NCBI GenBank assembly: GCA_965237905.1
Contig: OZ250172.1
Location: forward strand, 480,001-544,000
Reading direction: 5' to 3'
From: Nitrospinaceae bacterium
GTDB lineage: Bacteria > Nitrospinota > Nitrospinia > Nitrospinales > Nitrospinaceae
Length of the DNA: 64,000 nt
A model generated the notes under the pieces. It had not been told where the DNA came from, did no database searches, and saw nothing but the letters and a program-made list of their open reading frames with translations. The translations under genes and the position numbers were made by a program. Of the stretch, positions 10,752-20,871 are shown one piece after another (the first letter of the stretch is position 1; each line of letters starts with the position of its first letter).

Positions 10752-11513
10752 TCAGGATTCATCGGCAATCAGCGATTTTAATTTGGTCCGCAGACGGTAG
10801 ACGGCTTTGGAGTGAATCTGCGAAATACGGGATTCAGTAATCCCCAACACTTCGCCGATTTCCTTCATTGTCAACTCTTCATAATAATAAAGAGACACCA
10901 TCAACCGTTCCTTTTCGGGAAGCGAGTCGATCGCAGAAGCGATGAGAGCTTTGAGTTCGCTTAACCGCAGTTGGGTTTGCGGGTCCACATCCCCTTTTCC
11001 TGCCAGGGTATCCAGCAGGTTTTGCTTGTCTCCGGAATCGTTGGCGATTCCCAAATCATCCAGGCTCAACAAAGGCATGTTGCGCGTTTCATTGATGGTA
11101 TCGAATAGTGATTCCAAAGTGACTCCCATTTCTTCTGCAAGCTCCTCATCTTCGGGGGGCCGGCCCAGTGTGGACTGGAGTTTACTGGCCACCGCATCCA
11201 GCTTGGACGCTTTCTGGCGGACCGAGCGCGGCACCCAATCCAGTGAGCGTAGTTCGTCCAGGATAGAACCTCTCACCCGAAACTCGGCATACGTCTTAAA
11301 CTTCGCGCCCCGGGTCGGGTCGTATTTTTCGATGGCATCCATCAACCCGATGGCCCCCACGCTGATCAGATCATCCACCTCAATATGAGGTGGCAGGCGC
11401 AGAGCAATCCGATTCGCCACATATTTGATCATGGGAGAATACTCTTGAACAATCTGATCCGTATTTTCCGGACAAATTTCCATCTCTTCGTTTGCTTGAG
11501 GCTTTCCAGCCAT
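10752..11513 (-). CDS. fliA: Flagellar sigma factor sigma28
   Basis: FKTYAEFRVRGSILDELRSLDWVPRS, LYYYEELTMKEIG..LGITESRISQIH. Confidence 0.95.
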   Translation of the reverse strand: MAGKPQANEEMEICPENTDQIVQEYSPMIKYVANRIALRLPPHIEVDDLISVGAIGLMDAIEKYDPTRGAKFKTYAEFRVRGSILDELRSLDWVPRSVRQKASKLDAVASKLQSTLGRPPEDEELAEEMGVTLESLFDTINETRNMPLLSLDDLGIANDSGDKQNLLDTLAGKGDVDPQTQLRLSELKALIASAIDSLPEKERLMVSLYYYEELTMKEIGEVLGITESRISQIHSKAVYRLRTKLKSLIADES

Positions 11514-11527
11514 TCAGGGCCTCTCCA

Positions 11528-11770
11528 TCAGGCGGTTTGATCCAAGTTGACACCCTTGTCTTTGCCCTCCCCCAGGCGTTCTTTCGATTTCAGTGCGGCC
11601 CACCCCCGCAAAATCAACCAGGTCAACAAACCAAAAATTGCAAATCCCTCCAATCCTCTGACAAAAGAGGAGAAGATTCGGGCTTCATAGATCCAGCTTC
11701 CGAAAAAAATCAACGTAAACGAAAACAGACCGGCCACCACAGAAAATTTCTTTATCAACGTTCGACTCAT
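11528..11770 (-). CDS. Small two-TM hypothetical protein between flhG and fliA
   Basis: ATGA overlap with flhG, two hydrophobic segments, operon position. Confidence 0.65.
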   Translation of the reverse strand: MSRTLIKKFSVVAGLFSFTLIFFGSWIYEARIFSSFVRGLEGFAIFGLLTWLILRGWAALKSKERLGEGKDKGVNLDQTA

Positions 11771-12654
11771 CTCACCTCAAAAACGTTTTTCCAGTAAAAG
11801 GGGCGGTCCCCTTCTTCCGGAATTTGGTTACGGGTTTCAATCACCTTCTCACTCAAACGCAGAATGCACTGGCTCACCGGGGAATGCGGATACAACTCCA
11901 CCACCGGCTTCTGTTGGCGAACTGAACGGGTGACATTCTCATCGAAGAGAATATATCCGAAGTACTCGAGCGAAACATGCGATAGAAAACGGTCCACCAC
12001 ATCGGTCAACCGCCGGTAAATCTCAAGCGCTTCTCTTTCCGATTTCACGGAATTGATAATAAGCTGAAACTTTTTTTGATTATGTTTCTGGAACAATACT
12101 TTGATCAAGGCATAGACATCCGTATGCGACGTCGGTTCTGGCGTCGCTATCAACAGGGTTTCATGCGCCGCACTGCAAAAATAAGTAACGTTGGATGATA
12201 TGCCCGCCCCGGTATCGAAGATGAGAAAATCGTAATCACCCATCAAACGGTCCAACTCTTCCAGCAGGATCATCTTTTTTTCGTTATCGAGGGTGGTCAA
12301 CTCCTGCCAGCCATTGCTGGCGGGTAGCACCTTAAGTCCCCGAGGACCCTCGACCAGAACTTCTTCCAGGGTTTTCTCACCGTTAAACACGTGACCGATG
12401 TGATAGCGGGGAGCCAGTCCCAACAGGATATCGATATTGTTCAACCCGATATCCGCATCGAAAATGAGCACCCGGTTGCCTTTTCGGGTTAAAGCCATTG
12501 CGAGGTTGGCCACCACGTTGGTTTTGCCAACGCCCCCCTTGCCGCTACTGACGGCCAAAACTTTCGATGGCATATTATTCTGCCTCTTACCCATCACTCT
12601 CCTCAAGGTATCGGCCTGCCGGCCCGCTTTCCCGATTACTCCTGTAAAAACCAT
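11767..12654 (-). CDS. flhG: Flagellar number regulator, MinD-like ATPase FlhG/FleN
   Basis: SGKGGVGKTN, DADIGL, DTGAGIS, TPEPTS; follows flhF. Confidence 0.92.
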   Translation of the reverse strand: MVFTGVIGKAGRQADTLRRVMGKRQNNMPSKVLAVSSGKGGVGKTNVVANLAMALTRKGNRVLIFDADIGLNNIDILLGLAPRYHIGHVFNGEKTLEEVLVEGPRGLKVLPASNGWQELTTLDNEKKMILLEELDRLMGDYDFLIFDTGAGISSNVTYFCSAAHETLLIATPEPTSHTDVYALIKVLFQKHNQKKFQLIINSVKSEREALEIYRRLTDVVDRFLSHVSLEYFGYILFDENVTRSVRQQKPVVELYPHSPVSQCILRLSEKVIETRNQIPEEGDRPFYWKNVFEVR

Positions 12655-12682
12655 AACTTAGCCTTTTCACTTTAAGCCCAAA

Positions 12683-13777
12683 TCAGTTAAAAATCAAACG
12701 AATAACCTTATCCTGCGCCGCCACTTCAATGTCTTCTGGCACGCTCTGTCCGGTCGTGAAATACGAAAATGGAATCCGATACCGGACCGAACAGTTGAAT
12801 AACAAACCGAAATGCACCGCTTCATCCAATTTGGTGAACAGTACCCGATCGATTCCCAAAGGAGCAAACTGCTTGAAGCATTCGGTGACCACCGACTCCT
12901 GCGCCGTGGCGCTTTGCACCAGGTGGACTTCGACCTGGGGCACGGCTTCCAACACCTGCTTCAATCGTTTGCAGTAATCCAAGTCACGATGCGATTTGCC
13001 CATGGTATCGACCAGAACCACATCCTTGTCCTGGTGCTCCTGCATGATCCGTGAAAATTCATTGCGGTCGGCCGCCAGGGACACCGGAACCTGCATCAGT
13101 TCGCCATACGACTCCAACTGTTCCCAGGCGCCCATGCGATAGGTGTCCAGAGAAACCAGGGCCACCTTTTTTTTCTGCTGAAGCGCGAACCGGGCCGCCA
13201 ACTTGGCGATGGTGGTGGTCTTGCCGGCCCCGGTGGGGCCTACCAGTGCCACCACCTTGGGCCGAGCCGACTCCAGCCGGATAGGCCCCTCACACTTCAC
13301 CGCCCCTTTCATCACTGCGGCAAGATCGCTCTCGCCGATAAAAGGATCCCCCTCCTCCCTTTGTTTTCGTTCGTGAATCGTTTCAAACATCCGGGCGGCC
13401 ACCCGGTCGTCCACCCCGCGGCCGATCAGCTTTTCGTAGACCGGCAACAGGGATTCATTCAGACCCAGGGATTTAGCTTTATCCGTCTGGGTCAGCAAAG
13501 ATGCAATCAGGGTGCGGAGTTCGCGGATCTCCCCACCTGTGTCGACAGGCATCCATTCTTTTTCATTCGAGTTTTCAGCGACAGCAGCGGTTTCCCGGTG
13601 GGAATCGTTATCCAGTGCGGCGGTAATCTCCACCAGAGAAGAACACTGGCCGGCATCCTGATCCTTGTTGAACTTGATGGACCGGGTCGAAAGCACCATC
13701 GCGTTCTCTCCCAATTCACTTTTCACCCGGCTCAGAGCTTCGCCATAACTGTTGGCAATCACTTTTTTAATTCGCAT
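12683..13777 (-). CDS. flhF: SRP-family GTPase FlhF
   Basis: GPTGAGKTTTIAKLAA, DTYRMGA, FTKLDE, TTGQSVPEDI. Confidence 0.95.
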   Translation of the reverse strand: MRIKKVIANSYGEALSRVKSELGENAMVLSTRSIKFNKDQDAGQCSSLVEITAALDNDSHRETAAVAENSNEKEWMPVDTGGEIRELRTLIASLLTQTDKAKSLGLNESLLPVYEKLIGRGVDDRVAARMFETIHERKQREEGDPFIGESDLAAVMKGAVKCEGPIRLESARPKVVALVGPTGAGKTTTIAKLAARFALQQKKKVALVSLDTYRMGAWEQLESYGELMQVPVSLAADRNEFSRIMQEHQDKDVVLVDTMGKSHRDLDYCKRLKQVLEAVPQVEVHLVQSATAQESVVTECFKQFAPLGIDRVLFTKLDEAVHFGLLFNCSVRYRIPFSYFTTGQSVPEDIEVAAQDKVIRLIFN

Positions 13778-15851
13778 TCAGCGTCACCACACGTAAAGTC
13801 CGAATTTGAACGGTCGGAACAATTTCACTATGGGAAAGCACCACCAGGTCCGGCAAAAACCGTTCGGTGAGTTTCCGCAAATACATCCGGACCAAAGGCG
13901 ATGCCAGCAGAACCGGGGCCGTCTCCAGCATTGGGGTAATGGCTTCCACCCCTTCCCGGATTCTGGCGAGGATTTTTTCTGCGACCGTCGGCTCCAGCGC
14001 CAGATAGGAACTCAGTTCCGTTTTCTGGATCGATTGCTGGATCAGTGCTTCCACTTTCTGGTCCAGAGTCATCACCGAAAGCGACCCATCCTTCGCCAAA
14101 TATTTTTTGGTAATCGGTCGCGCCAGCGACTGCCGAACATATTCCGTCAACACATCCGTGTCCTCCACCTTGGCCGCGTAATCTGCCAGGCTTTCCAGAA
14201 TGGTTCTCAAGTCCCGGATGGAAATCTGCTCCCGCAAAAGGTTCTGGAGCACCTTCTGAACTTTACCGAGCGTCATCAGGTTCGGCACCAGCTCTTCCAC
14301 CACCTTCGGATTGGTTTCCTTGAATTTATCGAGCAGAGTCTGCACTTCCTGGCGGCCCAGCAATTCCTGTGCGTTCCGCTTGATGGTTTCCTTGATATGA
14401 GTGGTGATGACCGTTGCCGGGTCAACCACCGTATACCCTGCCATTTGCGCTTCCTGTTTAGCCGAAGTGTTGATCCAGATCGAAGGCAAACCGAACGTCG
14501 GCTCCTGCGTCTTGACGCCGGGAACTTCCTTTTCGGTTTTACCGGGGCTCATCGCCAGCAACCGTCCTGTCATAACGGACCCACGGGCAACTTCCACGCC
14601 CTTGATCAGAATGGCATAATCACTGGCCTTCAATTGCAAATTGTCCCGGATATGCAAGGGCGGCACGATGAAACCCAACTCCAACGCAAACTGCCTGCGC
14701 ACGGACTTGATGCGTTCCAGCAATTCGCCATTGCGGTCGGCATCGACCAGAGGAATCAATTCGTAGCCCACTTCCAGTTCCATGACGTCCAATGGCAAAA
14801 TAGATTCTACCTTCTCGGGAAGCGGAGTTTTCTTGTCTTCATCGATTTTTTTCTGTTGGACCCGTTCCTTCTGCTGGCGGCCCTGATACAACCGGTAACT
14901 GATCCATCCCGTTAGAGCGGACAACACAAAAAATGGAATGTGCGGCAAACCGGGAATGGTTCCGAAAAAGAATAACGCCGCCGCGGCAATGGAAAACGCC
15001 GCTGGGCTGTTGCCCATCTGAGAAATAAGTTCATCGGGAAGATTTTTGTCCGTGGTGGCGCGGGTCACGATAATGCCGGCGGCAGTGGAAACGATCAGCG
15101 CCGGGAGTTGAGTGACCAGTCCGTCACCAATGGTTAACAGGGTATACACTTTAGCGGCTTCGGCCACCGCCATGTCCTGTTGAAACACACCGATGGCGAA
15201 CCCTCCGATCACATTAATCAGCGTGATCAGAATTCCGGCGATGGCATCACCCCGGACAAACCGTATGGAACCGTCCATAGACCCGTAAAAATCCGCTTCC
15301 CGCTCCAACATGCGCCTGCGCACCCGTGCGTCTTCCTCGGTGATAATCCCTGCGTTGAGATCGGCGTCGATACTCATCTGCTTGCCGGGGATGGCGTCCA
15401 AAGTGAACCGCGCGGCGACTTCGGACGTGCGGACCGAACCTTTGGTAATGACGATGAAGTTGATCAACACCAGGATGATGAAAATCACCGCGCCAACGAC
15501 ATAATTACCGCCGACTACAAAAGATCCGAAGGATTTGATCACCTGTCCCGCCGCCGCAGGCCCCTCGTTGCCATGCAGAAGAATGATGCGCGTGGATGCG
15601 ACATTCAGTGACAGACGGACCAGCGTCACCACCAAAAGCATCGACGGGAACACTGAAAAATCCAGGGGCGCCAGCATCAATATGGACATCAGCAGGATGA
15701 TCAGCGAAAAAGTGATGCTGAAGGACAACAGAAGGTCCAGCATGAAGGTGGGAATCGGGATGACCATCACCACCAGAATGGCAATGATGCCAATGGCGAC
15801 TGCCAGCTCTTGCGGACGGGCGGACATGTACTTTTCAATACGACTGGCCAT
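13767..15851 (-). CDS. flhA: Flagellar export protein FlhA
   Basis: EVAARFTLDAIPGKQMSIDADLNAG, FYGSMDG, LTIGDGLV. Confidence 0.97.
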   Translation of the reverse strand: MASRIEKYMSARPQELAVAIGIIAILVVMVIPIPTFMLDLLLSFSITFSLIILLMSILMLAPLDFSVFPSMLLVVTLVRLSLNVASTRIILLHGNEGPAAAGQVIKSFGSFVVGGNYVVGAVIFIILVLINFIVITKGSVRTSEVAARFTLDAIPGKQMSIDADLNAGIITEEDARVRRRMLEREADFYGSMDGSIRFVRGDAIAGILITLINVIGGFAIGVFQQDMAVAEAAKVYTLLTIGDGLVTQLPALIVSTAAGIIVTRATTDKNLPDELISQMGNSPAAFSIAAAALFFFGTIPGLPHIPFFVLSALTGWISYRLYQGRQQKERVQQKKIDEDKKTPLPEKVESILPLDVMELEVGYELIPLVDADRNGELLERIKSVRRQFALELGFIVPPLHIRDNLQLKASDYAILIKGVEVARGSVMTGRLLAMSPGKTEKEVPGVKTQEPTFGLPSIWINTSAKQEAQMAGYTVVDPATVITTHIKETIKRNAQELLGRQEVQTLLDKFKETNPKVVEELVPNLMTLGKVQKVLQNLLREQISIRDLRTILESLADYAAKVEDTDVLTEYVRQSLARPITKKYLAKDGSLSVMTLDQKVEALIQQSIQKTELSSYLALEPTVAEKILARIREGVEAITPMLETAPVLLASPLVRMYLRKLTERFLPDLVVLSHSEIVPTVQIRTLRVVTLNAN

Positions 15852-16013
15852 AAACCCTATTTCCTATCCCAAAAAATTGACGCACCCCGGATGCGGGCGC
15901 ATATCACTAAGTTATTATATTTAAACGATCTCAGCAAACACGGAGGCTTCCCAACGGCTATAAGCGCCAATATTTCAAGCAAATGGCGCCATGATTATGA
16001 TTAAGTGCAATCT

Positions 16014-17090
16014 TTATACCAAGGACTTTCCTTTCAACCGATAAACGTATGCCAGGATTTCTGCCACCGCTTTATAGAGGTGGGCCGGGATCATCTGCCC
16101 GATTTCCACCGTTTTGAAAAGCAGGCGGGCCAGCGGCTTGTCCTCTACCAATGGAATGTCATGCTCCTTGGCGAGTTCACGTATTTTTTCAGCGATGACG
16201 CCTTTACCCTTGGCGACCACCACGGGTGCATCCGAATTCTCCCGGTCGTATTGGATCGCCACCGAAATATGCGTCGGGTTGGTGATCACCACATCCGCTT
16301 CCGGCACGGCAGTCATCATCCGGCGTTTCATCATTTCCATTTGAGCATTGCGCACCCGTTGTTTGACTTGCGGGTTTCCCTCCGTATCCTTGCGTTCGTC
16401 CTTGACCTCCTGTTTGGTCATGCGCAGGTTTTTAAGGTAGGTGAACCGTTGAAACATATAATCGAGGAACGCCAGAAAAATCATTGCCACCAGCACCTGG
16501 ATCATGATCTCGAGCGCCACCTCCCCCATGAGAATCAAAATCTGACCAACGCTCTTTCCCATCATGGGAGGGATTTCATCGAAGCGTCCTTTGATGGTGA
16601 AATAGGCAATCAACGAAATGAGAGTCACCTTGAAAACGGATTTGAACAGTTCCATCAATGCGATCCGGCTGAACAGACGCTTGAATCCGTTCCAGGGATT
16701 CATTTTATGAAACCGTGGCAGGAGAGGATGCATGGAAAACCGGATGCCTCCGGTTTGTATCAAATTGGCGACCACACCTCCCAGCATGATGGCAAACAAA
16801 ATGGGACTTAGAATGGTAAAGGAATTCCCCATCACCCACGCCAATAATCCTCTCATCTCCTCCATATTGGGCTGAATGGCATGAACCTGAGTGAAGAGGT
16901 TGTGCCAGGTCGCCATCAGATGCCGGGTGCTGAACGCCCCGGCCATAGCGAACGCTAAAATGGCGGCCAGCAGGACGAAGGCGGAAGTCAGTTCCCGGCT
17001 ATGGGCAAAATTGCCCTTTCCCTCGGCATCCTGGATCCGCTTCGCTGACGGCTCTTCTGTTTTCTGATCGATATTGGCTTCTTCTGCCAT
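16014..17090 (-). CDS. flhB: Flagellar export switch protein FlhB
   Basis: KTEEPS, MTKQEVKDE..EGNP, NPTH autocleavage motif. Confidence 0.97.
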   Translation of the reverse strand: MAEEANIDQKTEEPSAKRIQDAEGKGNFAHSRELTSAFVLLAAILAFAMAGAFSTRHLMATWHNLFTQVHAIQPNMEEMRGLLAWVMGNSFTILSPILFAIMLGGVVANLIQTGGIRFSMHPLLPRFHKMNPWNGFKRLFSRIALMELFKSVFKVTLISLIAYFTIKGRFDEIPPMMGKSVGQILILMGEVALEIMIQVLVAMIFLAFLDYMFQRFTYLKNLRMTKQEVKDERKDTEGNPQVKQRVRNAQMEMMKRRMMTAVPEADVVITNPTHISVAIQYDRENSDAPVVVAKGKGVIAEKIRELAKEHDIPLVEDKPLARLLFKTVEIGQMIPAHLYKAVAEILAYVYRLKGKSLV

Positions 17091-17125
17091 AACCGGAATC
17101 CTTTAATTTCTGTTGTCGAGTGTCA

Positions 17126-17908
17126 TTACCTCATGGTGTGCATCAAGCCCATCAGCCATTGGGGTAATTGTGAGATGTGTTGCGTCATCACCATGCTAAA
17201 AAAGCTCATAGTGAGCCCCACCATCAAGAGCCCCACCCCGATCTGTAATGGAAACCCGACGATAAAAACGTTCATCTGCGGAACCGTGCGGGCCACCAAA
17301 CCCAATCCCACGCTGATAAAAAACAAAATCGCCATGATAGGAGCGGCGATTTTAACGGCCACCACAAACGTGGTCGCAAACAATTTTAAAATCAACGCCA
17401 TGGTTCCAGCGGAAAACCCGAACTGCTGTGGGTTGATCAGCTCAAAACTCTCGACCAACGCGTAGATAGTTAAATGGTGCGCATTCAAGGCCAAATACAA
17501 GAGGATGGCAAACATATTCTGGAACTGGGCGGTAATCGAAACCTGCGACTGGGTTTGCGGGTCGATCACGTTGACCACACCGAACCCCATTTGAAAGTCC
17601 ACCACCGTTCCGGCAATTTGGACCGCGGCGAAAATCAACCGCGTGGCATAAGCGAGTGCCAGACCCACGGTCGCCTCGGAAAACAAGTAAATGGTGAAGT
17701 CGATCAATCCACTGGGTTCCGGCATGGGCATATGCCGGACCAAAGGAAAGATGCTCAGGCTGAGCAGGAGGATAAAACCGAGTTTAATCCGGGCGGGAAA
17801 CTGCTGGCTTCCCAGTATCGGAACGAACACAATAAAAGCCGCTACCCGAACCAAAACGAAAATAAAATGCTCGAAATCTCCGTACGATAGATTGAAGAGC
17901 TCCATCAC
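17126..17908 (-). CDS. fliR: Flagellar export protein FliR
   Basis: AGTVVDFQMGFG, RTVPQMNVFIVGFP. Confidence 0.95.
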   Translation of the reverse strand: MMELFNLSYGDFEHFIFVLVRVAAFIVFVPILGSQQFPARIKLGFILLLSLSIFPLVRHMPMPEPSGLIDFTIYLFSEATVGLALAYATRLIFAAVQIAGTVVDFQMGFGVVNVIDPQTQSQVSITAQFQNMFAILLYLALNAHHLTIYALVESFELINPQQFGFSAGTMALILKLFATTFVVAVKIAAPIMAILFFISVGLGLVARTVPQMNVFIVGFPLQIGVGLLMVGLTMSFFSMVMTQHISQLPQWLMGLMHTMR

Positions 17909-18177
17909 CCAATATAACTGGGAAAGTTCATAAGAACCTGCTCCGTAAAACTCAACATGATCCGCATGATCCAGGGGAAAAACAGGAACAGGGCTAGAAA
18001 CACCGCCAGGATTTTGGGGATGAACGTCAACGTCAGTTCCTGAATGGAAGTGACCGCCTGAAAAATGGATATCACCAGGCCAGTGGCCAGCCCGAAACCC
18101 AGCATGGGCGCGGAAACCAGAAGCGTGGTTTTAATAGCATTCATGGCAAAGTCTACGATGAATTGTTCAGTCATCAC
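17905..18177 (-). CDS. fliQ: Flagellar export protein FliQ
   Basis: GLVISIFQAVTSIQELTLTFIPK. Confidence 0.95.
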   Translation of the reverse strand: MMTEQFIVDFAMNAIKTTLLVSAPMLGFGLATGLVISIFQAVTSIQELTLTFIPKILAVFLALFLFFPWIMRIMLSFTEQVLMNFPSYIG

Positions 18178-18183
18178 GCCATC

Positions 18184-18945
18184 CTATGCAAAACTCTTGA
18201 CGAGGGAACCGACGGTTAGATGCCAGCCGTCGACCATCACAAACAGCATCAATTTAAACGGCAGGGAAATCAGCACAGGAGGCAGCATCATCATTCCCAT
18301 GGGAAGAAGAATACTGGCTACGACCATGTCGAGTATCAAAAACGGGATATAAATCAGAAACCCGATTTGAAACGCCGTTTTCAGTTCGCTGATTACGAAC
18401 GCAGGCACCACCGATTGAATTTTAACTTCTTCCAGCGTCTCCGGCCTTTCCCCTTGATCCATATTGATGAACAAGGCCAGGTCCTTTTCGCGGGTCTGCT
18501 TCAACATAAAAGTTTTAATGGGAGTTTGCGCCAGATCCAATGCTTTGCTCTGGGTGATCTCTTCATTCAGATAAGGTTGCAGGGCTTTGTCGTTGATTTC
18601 TGTAAGCACCGGGCTCATGACAAAAAAGGTCAGGAACAGGGCCAGCCCGATCAACACTTGCGTTGGTGGCGTCTGCTGGGTCCCCATGGCTTGCCTGAGA
18701 AAAGACAGGACAATGACAAAGCGGGAAAATGATGTCATCAGAATCAGGATCGATGGTGCCAGGGTCAATATCGTCAGCAGAAACATGACCTGCAAAGCGG
18801 TCGACAAAGTGCTGGGTTCCCCGGCATCCTCCACCCCAAATTGAACCGTGGGAATAGGAATGGCGGAAGCCTCCTGAGGAACCACAAAGTTGAAAGCCAT
18901 CCATAAAGTGGACACTGAAATTAAAATGAGTGCCGATCGTTTCAT
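18184..18945 (-). CDS. fliP: Flagellar export protein FliP
   Basis: LRQAMGTQQTPP, PAFVISELKTAFQIG, MGMMMLPP..SLPFK. Confidence 0.96.
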   Translation of the reverse strand: MKRSALILISVSTLWMAFNFVVPQEASAIPIPTVQFGVEDAGEPSTLSTALQVMFLLTILTLAPSILILMTSFSRFVIVLSFLRQAMGTQQTPPTQVLIGLALFLTFFVMSPVLTEINDKALQPYLNEEITQSKALDLAQTPIKTFMLKQTREKDLALFINMDQGERPETLEEVKIQSVVPAFVISELKTAFQIGFLIYIPFLILDMVVASILLPMGMMMLPPVLISLPFKLMLFVMVDGWHLTVGSLVKSFA

Positions 18946-20273
18946 TTAAAAATCGGAACCTCCTCAAACTTTTTTTTGACTCGTGAAGCAACATCCTTCA
19001 TCGTAGTCTGCTCGGCTTCGGAAGAATTTTCAAATTGCTTCACATATTCTCCAAACGGATTGGTGGAACCGGACTGGACCAGACGTTTGTTATAAACATC
19101 GACTCCCTGCTTCTTTGCCTGCGGCTTTTTTTCTTCTTTTACAGTCTGCGGCTGCATGACTCCATTATCAGGTTTGGGAGACGCCGCAACCGGTTTCCGG
19201 TCGTGACCCTTTTTATGCAGAGAGTTTTTAATCTGTTCAATTTTTTCCGGGTCCTGAACGTTGCTTAACAATGAGATCTGATCATTGGAAATCCCGATGA
19301 CCAGAACATCTCCAGCCACCTCCACCAGAGCGATACTTTTCCTGGGCGCCAGAAATCCGGTTGATAAAACTTTGATGGGTTTCCCTTCACCCCCGAAGAC
19401 GCTGTTCTTCAAGCCAAACTTTTTAAACAAGTGAAATACGATAAATATCAAACCCAAAACCAGCCCCAGGGTATAAACCATCTTGAGGCTGGCCGAGAAC
19501 AAATCAGTTTTCCCAGCGGATAGATCATTTTCAAAATCCAGCATTCCGGCTTTTTTGGTTTTCAAAACCGGGAGTTCGGATGAAGACGTTTTTTCAGGTT
19601 GCTCACTCTTCAAGGCCTGACCCAATACTTGTGACAGCGGCGTAGACGTCTTGTCGATTTTTTTCGTTGAAGAAACGGGTTTCACCCCTTTCGTCGGCGG
19701 GGAAACTCGTGTCGGTATTTTAGAAAGACCGGGTTTCGGCAGTTGCCCGGAAGTTGTTTTGGTTTGAACGACTTTCGATTGCTGGATGCGGAAAGCCCGT
19801 GCCAATAAACTTTCCAGCGGATCGGAAACCTCACTTTTGATGGAAGCCGGCTGCGGTGCGCCCCGGTTGATTCGAATACGAAGCACGCGTCCCACCTGTT
19901 CCACCACAGTTTCATCCTTGAGAATCGAGGCGCCGGGAGCCAGCATCAAACGCAAGCGCAGTCGTTTGGGATCAAACTGCGAAACATAGATCTGCCGGAC
20001 CCGGTCATCCCCCGTATCAAAATAACGCTTGGACGGATTGACATAGGCCAAGGGGAAATCCATTTGAATGGATTTTTTAAAAAATTTCGGGCCCTGAAAA
20101 CGAACGGGCGGATTTTTGAATTTCAGCTGAATCAGCAGTTCCCCATCCTTTCGATCCACAGTGACGTCCTGTAAAAAGTTGTAGCTCGAAAGCGCTTGTG
20201 AAGAAAACGCGAGATGCGTCCAAAGCAAGACAAAACCAAGGGTTCCTGCCACAATGTGACCAACAATTTTCAT
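18942..20273 (-). CDS. fliO: FliO-domain protein with long N-terminal periplasmic extension
   Basis: Sits before fliP; TM followed by IKVLS..FLAPRKSIALVEVAGDVLVIGIS (FliO-like); N-terminal signal and beta-rich domain. Confidence 0.75.
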   Translation of the reverse strand: MKIVGHIVAGTLGFVLLWTHLAFSSQALSSYNFLQDVTVDRKDGELLIQLKFKNPPVRFQGPKFFKKSIQMDFPLAYVNPSKRYFDTGDDRVRQIYVSQFDPKRLRLRLMLAPGASILKDETVVEQVGRVLRIRINRGAPQPASIKSEVSDPLESLLARAFRIQQSKVVQTKTTSGQLPKPGLSKIPTRVSPPTKGVKPVSSTKKIDKTSTPLSQVLGQALKSEQPEKTSSSELPVLKTKKAGMLDFENDLSAGKTDLFSASLKMVYTLGLVLGLIFIVFHLFKKFGLKNSVFGGEGKPIKVLSTGFLAPRKSIALVEVAGDVLVIGISNDQISLLSNVQDPEKIEQIKNSLHKKGHDRKPVAASPKPDNGVMQPQTVKEEKKPQAKKQGVDVYNKRLVQSGSTNPFGEYVKQFENSSEAEQTTMKDVASRVKKKFEEVPIFK

Positions 20274-20342
20274 GATCCGACCTCTCTATTGGGCGAACGA
20301 ATAGCGTCAAAAATACCGACACCAATGATCCAAATAGATAAA

Positions 20343-20358
20343 TGCAAAGGCCGTACCG
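20343..20358 (-). promoter_or_regulatory. Putative sigma54 (-24/-12) promoter upstream of fliO
   Basis: Minus strand CGGTACGGCCTTTGCA: GG-N10-GC with TTGCA, 70 bp upstream of the fliO ATG. Confidence 0.6.
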
Positions 20359-20491
20359 AAATTGCCTGATCAATGGGGTTTTAAAATGACGAAGGCGGTC
20401 TAACGGATATGAAATGATGGGTCGCGTACAGAAAAAATGAGGCGGAGGGAGCCCCGTGGAGTCTGAAGGAAAAAGCAGGGAAGCGGGCTCG

Positions 20492-20860
20492 TCAGGTCAA
20501 AGACTGGACCCGCTCCATGGGAGATACAATATCGGTCAAACGGACCCCGAACTTGTCGTTCACAACGACCACTTCGCCCCGGGCCACTAATTTATCATTG
20601 ACCAGGACTTCCAGCGGTTCGCCCACCAACTTGGTCAATTCAATCACCGAGCCCTGCCCCAGCTGGAGCAAATCGTTGATCAGCATTTTGGACCGACCTA
20701 ATTCCACGGTAACGGTCAAAGGAATATCCAGAATCAAATCCAGGTTTTGGATTTCCCCTCTGGACAATGCCCCGGGATCGGACACATTTGGATCATCCCT
20801 GAATTGGTCCAGATTATCGATATCATCCAACGCTTCCAAATCGTCTTGATGTTCAGCCAT
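20492..20860 (-). CDS. fliN: Flagellar motor switch protein FliN
   Basis: LILDIPLTVTVELGR, GSVIEL..GEPLEVLVN..ARGEVVVV..FGVR. Confidence 0.95.
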   Translation of the reverse strand: MAEHQDDLEALDDIDNLDQFRDDPNVSDPGALSRGEIQNLDLILDIPLTVTVELGRSKMLINDLLQLGQGSVIELTKLVGEPLEVLVNDKLVARGEVVVVNDKFGVRLTDIVSPMERVQSLT

Positions 20861-20871
20861 AATGATTCATC

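Noticed and set aside
15961..16000. sigma54-like TGGCGC...TTGC upstream of flhA
   Set aside because: GG-GC spacing is 8, not the required 10
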